A stretch of DNA of 64,000 bases from Parachlamydiales bacterium (GCA_963765145.1 CAVXVG010000026.1:1-64000), one strand, 5' to 3'; positions 1 through 9,993 are shown, counted from the stretch's first letter. Numbers and translations: made by a program. Notes: generated by a model not told the origin, from the letters alone.

Positions 1-1491
1 CTTTGACTTTTTATTTCTTCTATTGTTTCTGTTACTTAATAATGGTTTCTTAGACATGATCGGTTACTTCTTCTACACTCTTTTCTCCATTTGCCAGTTT
101 CTATAATTTTGCTACAAAAAAACCATCCATGTTATGAATATGAGGATAGATTCTCTTTGTAAGTTTCAATGATGGATGGAATCTCTTTGTTTTGTGTTTT
201 GTTAAACCTGGTTCACCTATTTCAAGACCAGTCTCTACTAATTTAACATATCTTGTCTTCAATGCGTAATCAATAACCCATTCATTCTCTTCAACTGTTA
301 TCGAGCATGTAGAATAACTATAAATTGTTCAATTGGTTTATATAAGTATATTTATCATACACTATATATCCTCCAGTTTTAGAATTTGGATTGACTGCAT
401 CAATTGCTGCTTTGATCAATTCTTTTTATAAATGACTTAATTTCTTAATGTCGGCGTAAGTCTATATTATCAATATAAATATATTAAATATTACTTTTTG
501 AGTTTTTATACTAGGATCTCTACTTATGACTCCTATTCCACTACAAGGTGCATCTAATAAAACTCTATCCATTCCTTAGAATGCTTTACCAATCTTTTTG
601 CCATCATAATTTGTTATCACTGTATTTGTGACTCCCAATCTATGTAAGTTAGCCTATAAACTTTTAAGTCTTTCTTTTTTTAAATCGTTAGCAATTAAAA
701 CTCCAGTATTCTTCATTAATTGAGCAATATAAGTAGTTTTTCCACCAGGTGCAGCTGCCATATCTAATATTTTTTCATTTAAAGATGGTGCTAAAGCCAT
801 TACAGGTAGAAAAGAACTTGCACTTTAGAGAATATAATGGCCAGCTAAGTATTCAGGAGTAGCTCCAATAGGTACTTAAGAATCAAATATTACGAGACCA
901 ACTTTAGTCCAATCAGCAATAGGATCTAAATTAACACCTCTTTAAATTAAAGCTTTTGCTAAATCTTTTCTCTTTGTTTTAAGAGTATTTGTTCTAATAG
1001 TTAAAGGTCTTTATGTTTCATTTGCTTCTATGAATTCAAATGCTTCACTTGGTGCAAATAAATCAAGAATTATCTCTACCAACTCAAGATTATAATCATA
1101 TGCTTATGATAAATCTTATGCAAACTCTGTCATATATGATGATTTAGATCTATTTTCATCACGTAACTCTTTAAAATTTGATAACACCTTCACTGTCTCT
1201 CTGATCCTCATTTGAATAATTCCTAGATCTTCTTTGTTGAGTAGATCATTAATGACTTTATCTCTTTTAGCTTCCTAAAGATTAACATATAAGAATTGGA
1301 AGAAATATTAAAAATATATACAATGTTAGTTTCAATTGCTTATTCATTCATATCTTATGAATTAACATCATCTAATTCGTTTTATGCTTCATCTTCTTAA
1401 TTGTTAGCGTCTGATATCTCTTCATCTTAGAGTTATTCTGAATCTTAATCAGAAAGTCTTGTTAAGAATCTTCCTCTTAACTTGAACTCAT
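1..1491 (-). CDS. NOP2: Eukaryotic (ciliate) Nop2/NSUN1 rRNA m5C methyltransferase; three introns; 3' end runs off the window
   Basis: Manual translation with TAA/TAG=Gln gives [85 protein letters not shown] and [17 protein letters not shown] falls at conserved Gln positions. There is one apparent 1-nt deletion near 1453-1455 in the acidic N-terminus. Confidence 0.95.
318..360 (-). other. Spliceosomal intron 3 of NOP2 (43 nt)
   Basis: GTATGA...TTATAG; removing it restores the catalytic-region motif GGYIVYSTCS. Confidence 0.9.
462..494 (-). other. Spliceosomal intron 2 of NOP2 (33 nt)
   Basis: GTAATA...ATATAG; removing it joins DPSIKTQK to [14 protein letters not shown]. Confidence 0.85.
1275..1321 (-). 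other. Spliceosomal intron 1 of NOP2 (47 nt)
   Basis: GTATAT...CTTTAG, very AT-rich; removing it joins ETNI to EAKRDK in frame. Confidence 0.8.
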
Positions 1492-1554
1492 TTTTAATTT
1501 TAAGTATTTAATATCACTAAAAATACTATTTTATTATCTCTTCTTTTATTTTAA

Positions 1555-1573
1555 GGGGTTTTGGGGTTTTGGG
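1555..1573 (+). repeat. Spirotrich ciliate macronuclear telomere (G4T4)n
   Basis: GGGGTTTTGGGGTTTTGGG lies 63 nt upstream of the NOP2 ATG, after a short AT-rich leader. Base composition changes abruptly after it. Confidence 0.92.
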
Positions 1574-1576
1574 TCG

Positions 1577-2891
1577 ATGTTCACAACGACTACTGTGACC
1601 CGGAGCTTGGCTATGAAGATTTTCCCGTTTTATTCTCCAATTTGCCAAAGAAGGCGAGCTAGTTTCCGGAGGAGAAATTTCTCCTTTTTAGCTTCTCTGG
1701 ATAAATCTGACGTCATCAAAAAATATTCGTACCAGTCAAACAGCGGTATTTGTTTTGAGATTTCACCTCATTCGCATCACTTCGTTAGTCCTGTTGAGGG
1801 GGAGCGCAACAGCCTGATTATGTATCTTTGGAAAACTGATAGCAAATACGATGGGGTCGGGAGTGGAAATTTTGAGATCTCAGAAATTCCTCTTCGCCCT
1901 TATTCTGCATTTGTTCAGAAACTCCACCCTCTCTTACCCTCTTTCGGCCAATGTCGAATATCCTCTTATTTCTCATGGGGTTAAAATCGTGTGTACGCAC
2001 AAGGCTAAAGTCTTTTCAAAAGACACTTAATTCCCTTGAAGAGTGGTGTAAGCAGTTTGAATTTTATTCCTTGACAGAAGCGCAGATGGCTTTATCTATA
2101 TCGCTTCAAATCCAAGAGCGTCTTCGCCTAGTGAATAGCGTAGACCATTCTCATAACCCTCACGAACAGGAGTTCAGGGGAGCTTCTGGGGTACCCGGCT
2201 TGTTGTTGCCGCAAAATCGCAGAGGTTGGAGAGATGCAGATTCATGCATTTGAAGATTGGCTTATCCACCCAACCGTTCAATGGTCCTTTTAAGCTTATT
2301 AATCCTTATGTGTATAGGCAAGGAAAAGCCTTCATCAGCCACGTCCCCTGCCCTCTACATCTTCCTACGTACTCGCTAGACCTATCTAAGAGGGTTGCCC
2401 CCATTTTCTCTCATCCCGCACCAACATGAGAGCGTTTTAAGACCCTGGATGGATGAACTGAGTAGGTCCATGAGGAACTGTTGGTGTTTGGGGTCAGGCC
2501 CAGGGTCTTTACCTATTAGATCAACACCCTAGGCCTGATCCCTCAATACTGTGACCCCATACTCCTCTTTTACAATCGGTACATACGGCCTACATCAAAA
2601 AATAATATGGTAATGAGAGTTATGAGTCTTATTTCCGAGTGGCAAGACAGGTACAATAAAGCAGAGGCATCACTAACTTCTGGCTTGATGAAACGTTCTG
2701 CGGAAGAGCGGAAAACGAACTCACGCCGCAAAAAGAAGAAGCGCGTAAAGAACACAAACCAACGCCTTTTGCAAGCTAATGCTCTCCGATGGTCGGGAGC
2801 TCCTATGCCAATCTCCTGTCGATGGGAGCAATCTGGCATGAATGGAGAGAGGAATAAATTTTTGAAGTTCCAGCCTAGCGCGTTGCTTTGA
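1577..2891 (+). pseudogene. Chain of overlapping frameshifted ORF fragments, probably one bacterial hypothetical gene broken by indels
   Basis: Successive + ORFs (1577-1984, 1951-2253, 2226-2429, 2607-2891) in changing frames; no recognisable motif. Confidence 0.3.
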
Positions 2892-2983
2892 TAAAAAAGT
2901 GCTCTTTTTTAGTTAGGCGGTTATCGCACCTAGTGACAAGCTTGGACTCTCCAGTAGAATAGTTCTATTCTTTAATTTTTTCT

Positions 2984-3011
2984 AAAAGTGAAAGCTAAAC
3001 AGGAGTTTAGC
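2984..3011 (-). terminator. Probable intrinsic terminator, originally downstream of tRNA-Met
   Basis: The minus strand reads GCTAAAC-TCCT-GTTTAGC followed by TTTCACTTTT, about 20 nt past the duplicated tRNA 3' end. Confidence 0.5.
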
Positions 3012-3031
3012 ACTCCAAACGTTTCGCGAGA

Positions 3032-3081
3032 GGATAGCGGCAGTCGGATTTGAACCAACGACCCACGGATTATGATTCCGT
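3032..3081 (-). repeat. att site: duplicated 3' portion of tRNA-Met
   Basis: Exact 50-bp direct repeat of 12114-12163 (GGATAGCGGCAGTCGG...ATGATTCCGT). Confidence 0.95.
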
Positions 3082-3197
3082 ATGTTCCCTATTTTTCACA
3101 ATATAGTACAGCCTGACCTGGCTTGATTCAGCCTGCTCAGTCTTTAACTCCATGCTCAATTGATCTATTTCAAGCAGGCTCTTGCTTGGCCTGGCCT

Positions 3198-3215
3198 CTG
3201 ACAAAAATCCTGACA
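3198..3215 (+). promoter_or_regulatory. Putative integrase arm-type site CTGACA-N6-CTGACA
   Basis: The same paired motif recurs at 12017-12034 (+) and 11280-11297 (-). Confidence 0.55.
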
Positions 3216-3380
3216 TTTAAGTTATTTAAAAACTTTTTGACTTAAAAATTATTATTTGCATGTGTATTATTTTTTTTAAAAATAATTTAAAATTTAAATT
3301 AGTTGAGCATGATTGTGAAAGATGCAGTCTGCCCATGTCTGCCAAATGCAGAGAATGAAAGAATTTATAGGTTTAAAACA

Positions 3381-3605
3381 ATGACTATAGAAGTCGACAA
3401 AAAATTAGATTGGGTGGCGCTTACCAAGTGGAAAGAACACTTTCGGTATCCCAGTCAGGGCACTATGCGCAATATTACGGCAAGACGAGAAGAAAATGGA
3501 GCGGGTGCATTCCTTTCCATGGTCAATGGACGTTTTTATGTAAACGTAGAGAAATTTCATCAATGGATGGAAAAGCAATCTCAGTTTCGGAGGAGTAATG
3601 GTTAA
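3381..3605 (+). CDS. Excisionase/AlpA-like small DNA-binding protein (74 aa from MTIEVDKK)
   Basis: First gene inside the att; winged-helix Xis-like pattern NG...VNGRFYVNVEKFHQWM. Confidence 0.6.
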   Translation: MTIEVDKKLDWVALTKWKEHFRYPSQGTMRNITARREENGAGAFLSMVNGRFYVNVEKFHQWMEKQSQFRRSNG

Positions 3606-3777
3606 TACTCCAACACCTTCGGATTTTACAAAGGTGTACGAGCTGTATGCGCTTGTTAAAAAGGACCCAAGCGTATACCGCATAGCTGCCCTTTTCAAAA
3701 ACATACTCTACTCCTTCGGTTATGGACACTGCGAAGGAGCAGAGCTGTATAGATTGATTGAAAGCAACAAGAGATAA
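3598..3777 (+). CDS. Small hypothetical protein (59 aa, MVNTPTPSDF...), absent from the ORF track
   Basis: Strong RBS (GGAGGAG) just before the ATG; overlaps the upstream stop and fills the gap before the DUF927 gene. Confidence 0.5.
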   Translation: MVNTPTPSDFTKVYELYALVKKDPSVYRIAALFKNILYSFGYGHCEGAELYRLIESNKR

Positions 3778-3834
3778 ATTTAATGCCTGTCGAGTTACCG
3801 CTTGACGGGCCTTAATATATAAGGTTTTACACAA

Positions 3835-5709
3835 GTGAATGCTAATACCCCTATTTTAACACAACATGCAGATATTTTGTCTGCTATTCCTGATGAGCAC
3901 TACGAAGCTTCAGCTATGCAGCGTGCTCGAGAGATTGAAGAACAGCTTGAAGATGAGCAACTGTCACAAGATGAAAAAGAGCTGCGGCCTAAGGGCTACT
4001 ATACTATCAACGACAGCTTAATGTACCAGCCAGAGGGGACAGGTGATGATGGCCCTCCGGCTCCTATTTTTATCAGTTCAAGGCTAGATGTCACAGCCTG
4101 TACTCGAAACGATGTCAGCGAAGAACATGGAAGGCTCTTGGAATTTGATGACATTGATGGTTTCCGTCACAGGTGGTCAATGCCGATGGAACTTCTTGCT
4201 GGAGATGGGACTGCTTACAGGGAACAGTTACTTTCTCTCGGTTTGAGAATAGCCCCAGGCTCTAAGGCAAGGCAGCTTCTCAATTTTTACATACAATCAT
4301 CAAATCCTAAGGCTAGGGCTCGCTGTGTAAGCCGGACAGGATGGCATAAGACTAGTTTTGTTTTACCTGATGAAACGATCGGTTCTGATGAAACAATCAG
4401 TGGTAGTGGCAAGGAGCGAATCATTTTACAAACAACATCTCTCAATTCCTCAGATTATTTAATTGCAGGGACGTTGGATGAATGGAAAGAAAAGGTGGCT
4501 TCATTGTGCAAAGGAAATAGCCGTCTTGTTTTTAGTGTGAGTGTTGCCTTTGCAGCCCCTTTGTTAAATCTGTTGGGTATAGAAAGTGGTGGCTTTCATT
4601 TTCGGGGAGCCAGCTCTACGGGAAAAACAACAGCCCTATACGTTGGGGCCTCTGTTTGGGGAGGTAAAGAATATGTCCAAAGATGGAGGGCAACTACAAA
4701 TGGAATAGAGGCTTTAGCAGCAAGTCATAATGATGCCCTGCTATGTCTCGATGAGTTATCTCAAGTCGATTCAAATATGGCAGGGGAAATTGCCTATATG
4801 TTGGCTAATGGTACGGGTAAGGCTCGGGCTGATCGTCGTGGCAATTCCAGAAAAGTAGCTTCATGGAAAGTATTGTTTTTATCCACTGGTGAAATCAGCT
4901 TATCAGACCATATGGTTGAAGCAGGGAAGAGGGCAAAAGCTGGGCAGGAAGTTAGAATGGTCGATATTCCTGCTGTAACCGATGGATATGGGCTATTTGA
5001 ATACTTGCATGGCTATCCCAATGGGGCTGCTTTTTCTCAGGCTTTGATCCAAGCAAGCAACGCTTTTCATGGTACTTCCGCAAGAGCTTTCTTGAAGTGT
5101 CTGATAGAAGACCTCGAAGCAAATGTCTCTACGATTAAAAATGCCATGGATCTATTTATGAAAGCCCTTGTTTCTGATGGTGATGATGGTCAAGTTTATA
5201 GGGTGGCGCGCCGATTTGCTTTGGTTGGAGCGGCAGGCGAGTTAGCAACTTCCTTTGGAATAACTGGATGGGATAAAGGAGATGCCCTTCTTAGTGCTGA
5301 AGCTTGTTTCATTGATTGGCTTGAAGGACGCGGAGGTACAGGGTCACAAGAAGAGCAAGCTATTTTAAATCAGTTGAGACGTTTTTTTGAGCTCCATGGA
5401 GATAGTCGCTTTGCTCTTTGGGATGCACCTCCTAACTCCAAAACAAACAATCGTGCTGGATTTCGAAGAATAGAGGCTGATGGAAGTACGAGTTACTTTG
5501 TTCTATCGCAAGTTTTCAAGGAAGAGGTTGCAGCGGGCTTTGATTACAAGCAAGTATGCAAAGTAGCCTTGAAATACAAGCTTCTGGTGCCCGCGACAAA
5601 CGGTGAATTTAATCGGAGTGAAAAACTTCCAGACATTGGGAGTCAGCGATGCTATCGATTCAGGTCAACAGGGTTGGAGGATGCCGATGATTCATCCAAG
5701 AAATCTTAA
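3835..5709 (+). CDS. DUF927-family replication helicase/ATPase
   Basis: DUF927-like N-terminal region (RTGWHKTSFVLPDETIG), Walker A GASSTGKT, Walker B LLCLDE, AYMLANGTGKARA, GQEVRMVDIP. Confidence 0.85.
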   Translation: MNANTPILTQHADILSAIPDEHYEASAMQRAREIEEQLEDEQLSQDEKELRPKGYYTINDSLMYQPEGTGDDGPPAPIFISSRLDVTACTRNDVSEEHGRLLEFDDIDGFRHRWSMPMELLAGDGTAYREQLLSLGLRIAPGSKARQLLNFYIQSSNPKARARCVSRTGWHKTSFVLPDETIGSDETISGSGKERIILQTTSLNSSDYLIAGTLDEWKEKVASLCKGNSRLVFSVSVAFAAPLLNLLGIESGGFHFRGASSTGKTTALYVGASVWGGKEYVQRWRATTNGIEALAASHNDALLCLDELSQVDSNMAGEIAYMLANGTGKARADRRGNSRKVASWKVLFLSTGEISLSDHMVEAGKRAKAGQEVRMVDIPAVTDGYGLFEYLHGYPNGAAFSQALIQASNAFHGTSARAFLKCLIEDLEANVSTIKNAMDLFMKALVSDGDDGQVYRVARRFALVGAAGELATSFGITGWDKGDALLSAEACFIDWLEGRGGTGSQEEQAILNQLRRFFELHGDSRFALWDAPPNSKTNNRAGFRRIEADGSTSYFVLSQVFKEEVAAGFDYKQVCKVALKYKLLVPATNGEFNRSEKLPDIGSQRCYRFRSTGLEDADDSSKKS

Positions 5710-5733
5710 AAATGAGCACGCTTCATTTCTGCT

Positions 5734-5998
5734 TGTGGAAAGTGTGGAATCTGTGGAGAGGACCTGTGAAACATGTCCTCATATAGATAAAGGGGGAGGT
5801 GGAAACGTCTGGAAAGTTTCCACAAAATCGCTGATGCGAAGTGTGGAAGCTGTGGAAAAGAGAAGGGGTTATCTCCTTTTTCCACGATTTCCACGAAAAT
5901 TAATCGATTGTTTGTGGAAGGTGCTATGATGAGCAATCAATTGACTATTAATGGGTTACATGGGCTTCCACAAGATCCACGACTTCCACAGTGTGGAG
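5734..5998. repeat. Iteron cluster / putative replication origin (about 16 TGTGGAA-like copies in both orientations)
   Basis: Forward copies at 5734, 5743, 5752, 5842, 5851, 5913 and 5992; inverted copies at 5818, 5880, 5889, 5966, 5975 and 5984; 9-bp periodic clusters. Confidence 0.75.
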
Positions 5999-7011
5999 CG
6001 ATCTTGCTTGATTTAGTTGAAGAATTTGGTCTTCAGCCAAAGCGTACCTCATCAACAAATGGGGGGGAATATCATTCAGCTTGCCCCTTTTGTGGAGAGG
6101 GTGATGATCGCTTCATGTTTTGGCCATCACAAAATCGATATTGGTGCCGTCGATGCGATAAAAAAGGTGATGCCATCCAGTTTTGTCGTGACGCCTTGAA
6201 AATGGATTATCGTTCTGCTTGTGAAAAAGTGGGAGTAGAACCAAAGGCTTCTTCTCATAGGCTTCTTCGGGTTCAATCTAAACCGAAGTTCGTTCCAAAA
6301 GTTGCCAAGCTTTCTCCTGTGCTATGGAATGAAAAAGCTAAAGAATTCGTTCGCATTAGCCATCAGAATCTACTTAGAAACCCTAATGCCTTAAAACACT
6401 TGCTCGATAGAAAATTTACCCTCGACACCATTAAAAAATTCTCCTTGGGGTGGAATCCATCGGACAGAAATCTCCCATTTTCTGAGTGGGGATTGCCCCC
6501 TGATGAGGCAGATAAAGAAAAGAAATTGTGGCTGCCCAAAGGCTTCGTGATTCCAACTATCCAGGAAGGCACAGTCATTAAGCTGAAGGTTCGTAGGCTC
6601 AACTACGAGAAAGATAAGATACAAAGAAAGTATGTGGTTGTTTCTGGAAGCATGTCATGTTTGTCTTTGTATGGGAAAATAGAAACTCAGTCGGTAGTGG
6701 TAGTGGAGTCTGAATTTGACGCCATGCTCATCCAACAAGCAGCGGGCGATCTTTGTTGCTGCATAGCGCTTGGCGGAGTCGCAAATGAGCCCGATCATCT
6801 GACGGACCAGCTATTAAAGGGGTTTCCACAGATCTTATATTGCCCAGACTTTGATGATGCGGGGAAAAAGAGCTACAAATTTTGGAAATCAACCTATTCT
6901 CAGGTGAGATGTTGGCCTGCTCCAGAAGGTAAAAGCCCAGGTGATGCCATAAAACAGGGAATTGATCTAAGAAGTTGGATCATTTCGGGCTTAAAAAGGG
7001 TCTCTGTTTAG
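5908..7011 (+). CDS. Zinc-finger/TOPRIM DNA primase (real start possibly TTG at 6004)
   Basis: CPFC...DRF...WCRRC...GDAI zinc-binding domain; VVESEFDA and DFDDAG TOPRIM motifs; GGAG at 5995 precedes TTG 6004. Confidence 0.85.
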   Translation: MFVEGAMMSNQLTINGLHGLPQDPRLPQCGAILLDLVEEFGLQPKRTSSTNGGEYHSACPFCGEGDDRFMFWPSQNRYWCRRCDKKGDAIQFCRDALKMDYRSACEKVGVEPKASSHRLLRVQSKPKFVPKVAKLSPVLWNEKAKEFVRISHQNLLRNPNALKHLLDRKFTLDTIKKFSLGWNPSDRNLPFSEWGLPPDEADKEKKLWLPKGFVIPTIQEGTVIKLKVRRLNYEKDKIQRKYVVVSGSMSCLSLYGKIETQSVVVVESEFDAMLIQQAAGDLCCCIALGGVANEPDHLTDQLLKGFPQILYCPDFDDAGKKSYKFWKSTYSQVRCWPAPEGKSPGDAIKQGIDLRSWIISGLKRVSV

Positions 7012-7066
7012 GTCGGGAAGGTGCTTCTGTTAAAATGCAAATGAATGATTAAAGGTAAAAAACGTT

Positions 7067-7447
7067 ATGAGCAAGACAAAATCTGACAAAAATGGACTAA
7101 CAGACAAACAACTAAAGGCGCTTCCCCACTTAGTCGCTGCTTCGTCCGAAGGAGAGGGGTGTAAAAAGGCGAATATTGCCCGTCAAACTTACTACGATTG
7201 GCTGAAGATCCCCGCTTTTCGTGATGAGTTAAGTCGATTACGCAGCTCAATTGTTGAGGATGCTGTAGAGGCTTTGAAGGCACATACAACTAAAGCTGTT
7301 GACACACTAGTAAAGCTCTTAGATGTAGACCATCCAGCCCTACAAAGAAATGTTGCTAATGACATCCTTGGCCATGTGGCTAAGTACAAGGAGTTGCAAG
7401 AGCTCGAACAAAGAATTGAAATTATCGAAGCTAGAAGTAGCTTCTAA
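7067..7447 (+). CDS. HTH protein resembling a terminase small subunit
   Basis: LTDKQ...ANIARQTYYDWLKIPAF HTH followed by helices and a C-terminal coiled coil (ELEQRIEIIE). Confidence 0.55.
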   Translation: MSKTKSDKNGLTDKQLKALPHLVAASSEGEGCKKANIARQTYYDWLKIPAFRDELSRLRSSIVEDAVEALKAHTTKAVDTLVKLLDVDHPALQRNVANDILGHVAKYKELQELEQRIEIIEARSSF

Positions 7448-7463
7448 CCAAAGGAAAGAAAGA

Positions 7464-7724
7464 ATGTATATTGAAACGCGTGTTAAAAAGTTGGAAAAAA
7501 TAATAATGGGAAATAAAGCCCTTTGGGCGGTCTTCACCATCGGCAATTATCCCGATGCTGCAGAAGAAGAAGCGGCTAGGCGCCAAATACTGGATGCTCA
7601 TCTTGCCGATGGCAACCCACACCCCACACATTGCCTATATGTGAACGAAGTCCCTAGTCAAGTGAAGGTGACTTTGCCTGAGCAATTCTTATACTCATTC
7701 ACGCCCATAGCGACTGGTCGCTAA
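7464..7724 (+). CDS. Hypothetical protein (86 aa from MYIETRVKKLEK)
   Basis: Purine-rich leader; follows the TerS-like gene on the same strand. Confidence 0.5.
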   Translation: MYIETRVKKLEKIIMGNKALWAVFTIGNYPDAAEEEAARRQILDAHLADGNPHPTHCLYVNEVPSQVKVTLPEQFLYSFTPIATGR

Positions 7725-7751
7725 CCGAGTAAGATGGGAGGAAATTCAATC

Positions 7752-8819
7752 TTATTGTAAATTTTTCCGATAGAGCTTGATCCCTCGGCCATGTATATCT
7801 GTAAATTTTACAACATCTAATTTTCTTATTTTTAATTGACTGTCTATTTCGACCTTAAAGCTTATAAAAGCTCGTAATATCTGGTTTGGTTGGGGGTAAG
7901 GGGGAGCTATATTAAACTCTGCACAAAGTACAGCTGTTATCGTTGAATCATTGTTTAATTTATAATTTGCTGCGCGAAATTTGAAGAAATACTCCCCTTT
8001 TCCAGCAATAAATCTTGGTTTGATTGTTAAATTTTTTCTGGTCCAATTTAGAGTTTCCTCCTCCAGTTTATCAACGGGTGGGTGAAAAATCTTCACTATC
8101 TCGGGATTTTTAGCATTTACGATTTTAGCGCACTGATCGAAGTCATGCATTAATAAATCTCCTTGATCATTTAGGCCTTGGAAGCTTTGGTGTTTATCCC
8201 CGTGAGGAATTACTTGTATGCCTTGATCTTTTGACCAGGTGAATCCCTTGCAGCAGCCTTTAAATTCGAAAGAACCACCCACTAACCCAAAGTTATTGAT
8301 TTTCAGCAGGCAATTAAACTGGAAGTAGTCGGATTTTTCATTGTAGCGTTGATGAAATTTGATAAGGTGAGGATCGGATTCCAAGATTTTATGAACGTCC
8401 GCAATAACTTCGAAACCACTTATTGGGCTCCAATGCCAGGCCATGTGGTCTATTGAACGTTTTTCTTCATTGAGAAAAAAAGCTATCCCCACAGCTTCGC
8501 CTCTAGAATTCTTGTCATGTACTAGAAATGAATGCTCTTCTAAAGAATTAAATGGTTTCCCAACCAGTTTTGCTAAGTCGGAAGCTTGGAGTGGACGTTG
8601 AGTAATTTTTGGTGGTTCCAAGGCTTGATTTCCTGCTAATATGGCTCTTTTCTCTAAAGGAGCTAATTGGTTCTCCTTGTTTGCCAAAGTAATTAAGGCT
8701 GCCTGGGAGATCCGGTTGTCTTCTTGACTTAGCGCTTGCATATTGGGGTTTAAGTCACGATGAACTATTCCGGCGTAATAATCGGATTCAAAAATTTCAA
8801 CTCTATCTACTTTCGACAT
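7752..8819 (-). CDS. Hypothetical effector-like protein with HAF-repeat-like beta units
   Basis: 355-aa ORF; KNSRGEAVG, INNFGLVGGS and GLNDQGDLL resemble extracellular HAF-type repeats. Confidence 0.55.
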   Translation of the reverse strand: MSKVDRVEIFESDYYAGIVHRDLNPNMQALSQEDNRISQAALITLANKENQLAPLEKRAILAGNQALEPPKITQRPLQASDLAKLVGKPFNSLEEHSFLVHDKNSRGEAVGIAFFLNEEKRSIDHMAWHWSPISGFEVIADVHKILESDPHLIKFHQRYNEKSDYFQFNCLLKINNFGLVGGSFEFKGCCKGFTWSKDQGIQVIPHGDKHQSFQGLNDQGDLLMHDFDQCAKIVNAKNPEIVKIFHPPVDKLEEETLNWTRKNLTIKPRFIAGKGEYFFKFRAANYKLNNDSTITAVLCAEFNIAPPYPQPNQILRAFISFKVEIDSQLKIRKLDVVKFTDIHGRGIKLYRKNLQ

Positions 8820-8902
8820 AAAAACTTCTTATTTAATTTGTTGTTAAACTATACCGCATATTTGTATTATATTGTGAAAAATTTAAATAGGTCTGATTTT
8901 AA

Positions 8903-9952
8903 ATGGCTGTTGATTTTGAAAGAATTAATTATGAACCCATTGAGCGTTACTACGTAGACGGTAAAAGTCCGGCAGTTGCTAACTCCACAAAGGCTGCTGG
9001 GTCTGGAGTTGAAGGTAGGGTTCATGTCGAGGGGGTGCAGCGATTAAAAGTGGTCTCCTTAGAGAATGAGCCATTAGACACGCCTTTTGAAATAACCAAA
9101 ATATTAATTAAATATAGCAATAATCCAGATGGGCTTCCTCCTTTGTTGTATGCAATCAAACGCAATGATTTCACTGCTGTAAAAATAATGTTGAAGTACG
9201 GTGCCGATCCACACACGAGAGCGCTTTGCTCGATTTATTGGGGACAACCGGGAACCCCAATGGAATATGCATGCGCCTATTCAACAGTCGAAATGGTTTC
9301 AATTTTTCTCGAATCTGGAGTAACTGCCGAATCATCACCAAGTGGCAATCAAGTAATAAACTCCCCTTTTTTAGTTGCGACGGCATTTAACAACATCCAT
9401 GTCCTTAATTTTCTTATCTCGATCGGTTTTGAAAAATCTATTTCACAATCGACTTTGAATTGGGCGCTTTATACAGCTGCTATGAAAGAGTACACCACAG
9501 TTGTCGAAATTTTATTAAAGAATGGTGCAAATCCTCTTGATCCACTACCTACGTTTCGGAATAAGTGTTGTTGGCAGTTGTTATCGTCCAACGTCGGGAT
9601 TTTGGCGCTATTCATTAAATGCGGCTTTGTCAATGTAGATTTTAATGAAATTGTTCAAGGTTCTCCTTTATACCATCGCTTCATTGATAGTTCTGAAGTA
9701 AATGAAGTGTTTACGCTTTTGTTTGAAAAAGGGAAATTGAATTTGGATGCCAAAGACTCACACGGTTGCACAATAGTTCATCGAGCTGTTGAGAGAGGAA
9801 ATGTTTTATTGCTGGATTGGTTGGTAAAAGCAGGTGCTGATCTAAATATTAAAAATAATGCTGGTAGGGCGCCTCTGACGATAGCAAAAGAGGTGCGCCA
9901 AGAATTAGTTTGCTATTTGATCGAAAAGGGGGCCAATTGGATTGCTGTTTGA
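8903..9952 (+). CDS. Ankyrin-repeat protein, putative host-directed effector
   Basis: GLPPLLYAIKRNDFTAVKIMLKYGADP, GCTIVHRAVERGNVLLLDWLVKAGADLNIKNNAGRAPL. Confidence 0.9.
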   Translation: MAVDFERINYEPIERYYVDGKSPAVANSTKAAGSGVEGRVHVEGVQRLKVVSLENEPLDTPFEITKILIKYSNNPDGLPPLLYAIKRNDFTAVKIMLKYGADPHTRALCSIYWGQPGTPMEYACAYSTVEMVSIFLESGVTAESSPSGNQVINSPFLVATAFNNIHVLNFLISIGFEKSISQSTLNWALYTAAMKEYTTVVEILLKNGANPLDPLPTFRNKCCWQLLSSNVGILALFIKCGFVNVDFNEIVQGSPLYHRFIDSSEVNEVFTLLFEKGKLNLDAKDSHGCTIVHRAVERGNVLLLDWLVKAGADLNIKNNAGRAPLTIAKEVRQELVCYLIEKGANWIAV

Positions 9953-9993
9953 GGCTAAAAGCTCTCCGCATAGCCGTTGCCTATCAAAATGAC

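Noticed and set aside
1..1573. Horizontal transfer of a eukaryotic gene into the bacterium, or a bacterial rsmB/rsmF pseudogene
   Set aside because: Intact introns, systematic TAA/TAG at Gln positions and a terminal telomere indicate native ciliate DNA, most simply joined artefactually.
3032..3081. A third tRNA gene
   Set aside because: It lacks the 5' acceptor strand and D-arm; it is the att duplication.
5603..5936. ORFs 5603-5929 (+) and 5706-5936 (-)
   Set aside because: Their periodic peptides (VESVESVE, FPQLPH) are translations of the iteron array.
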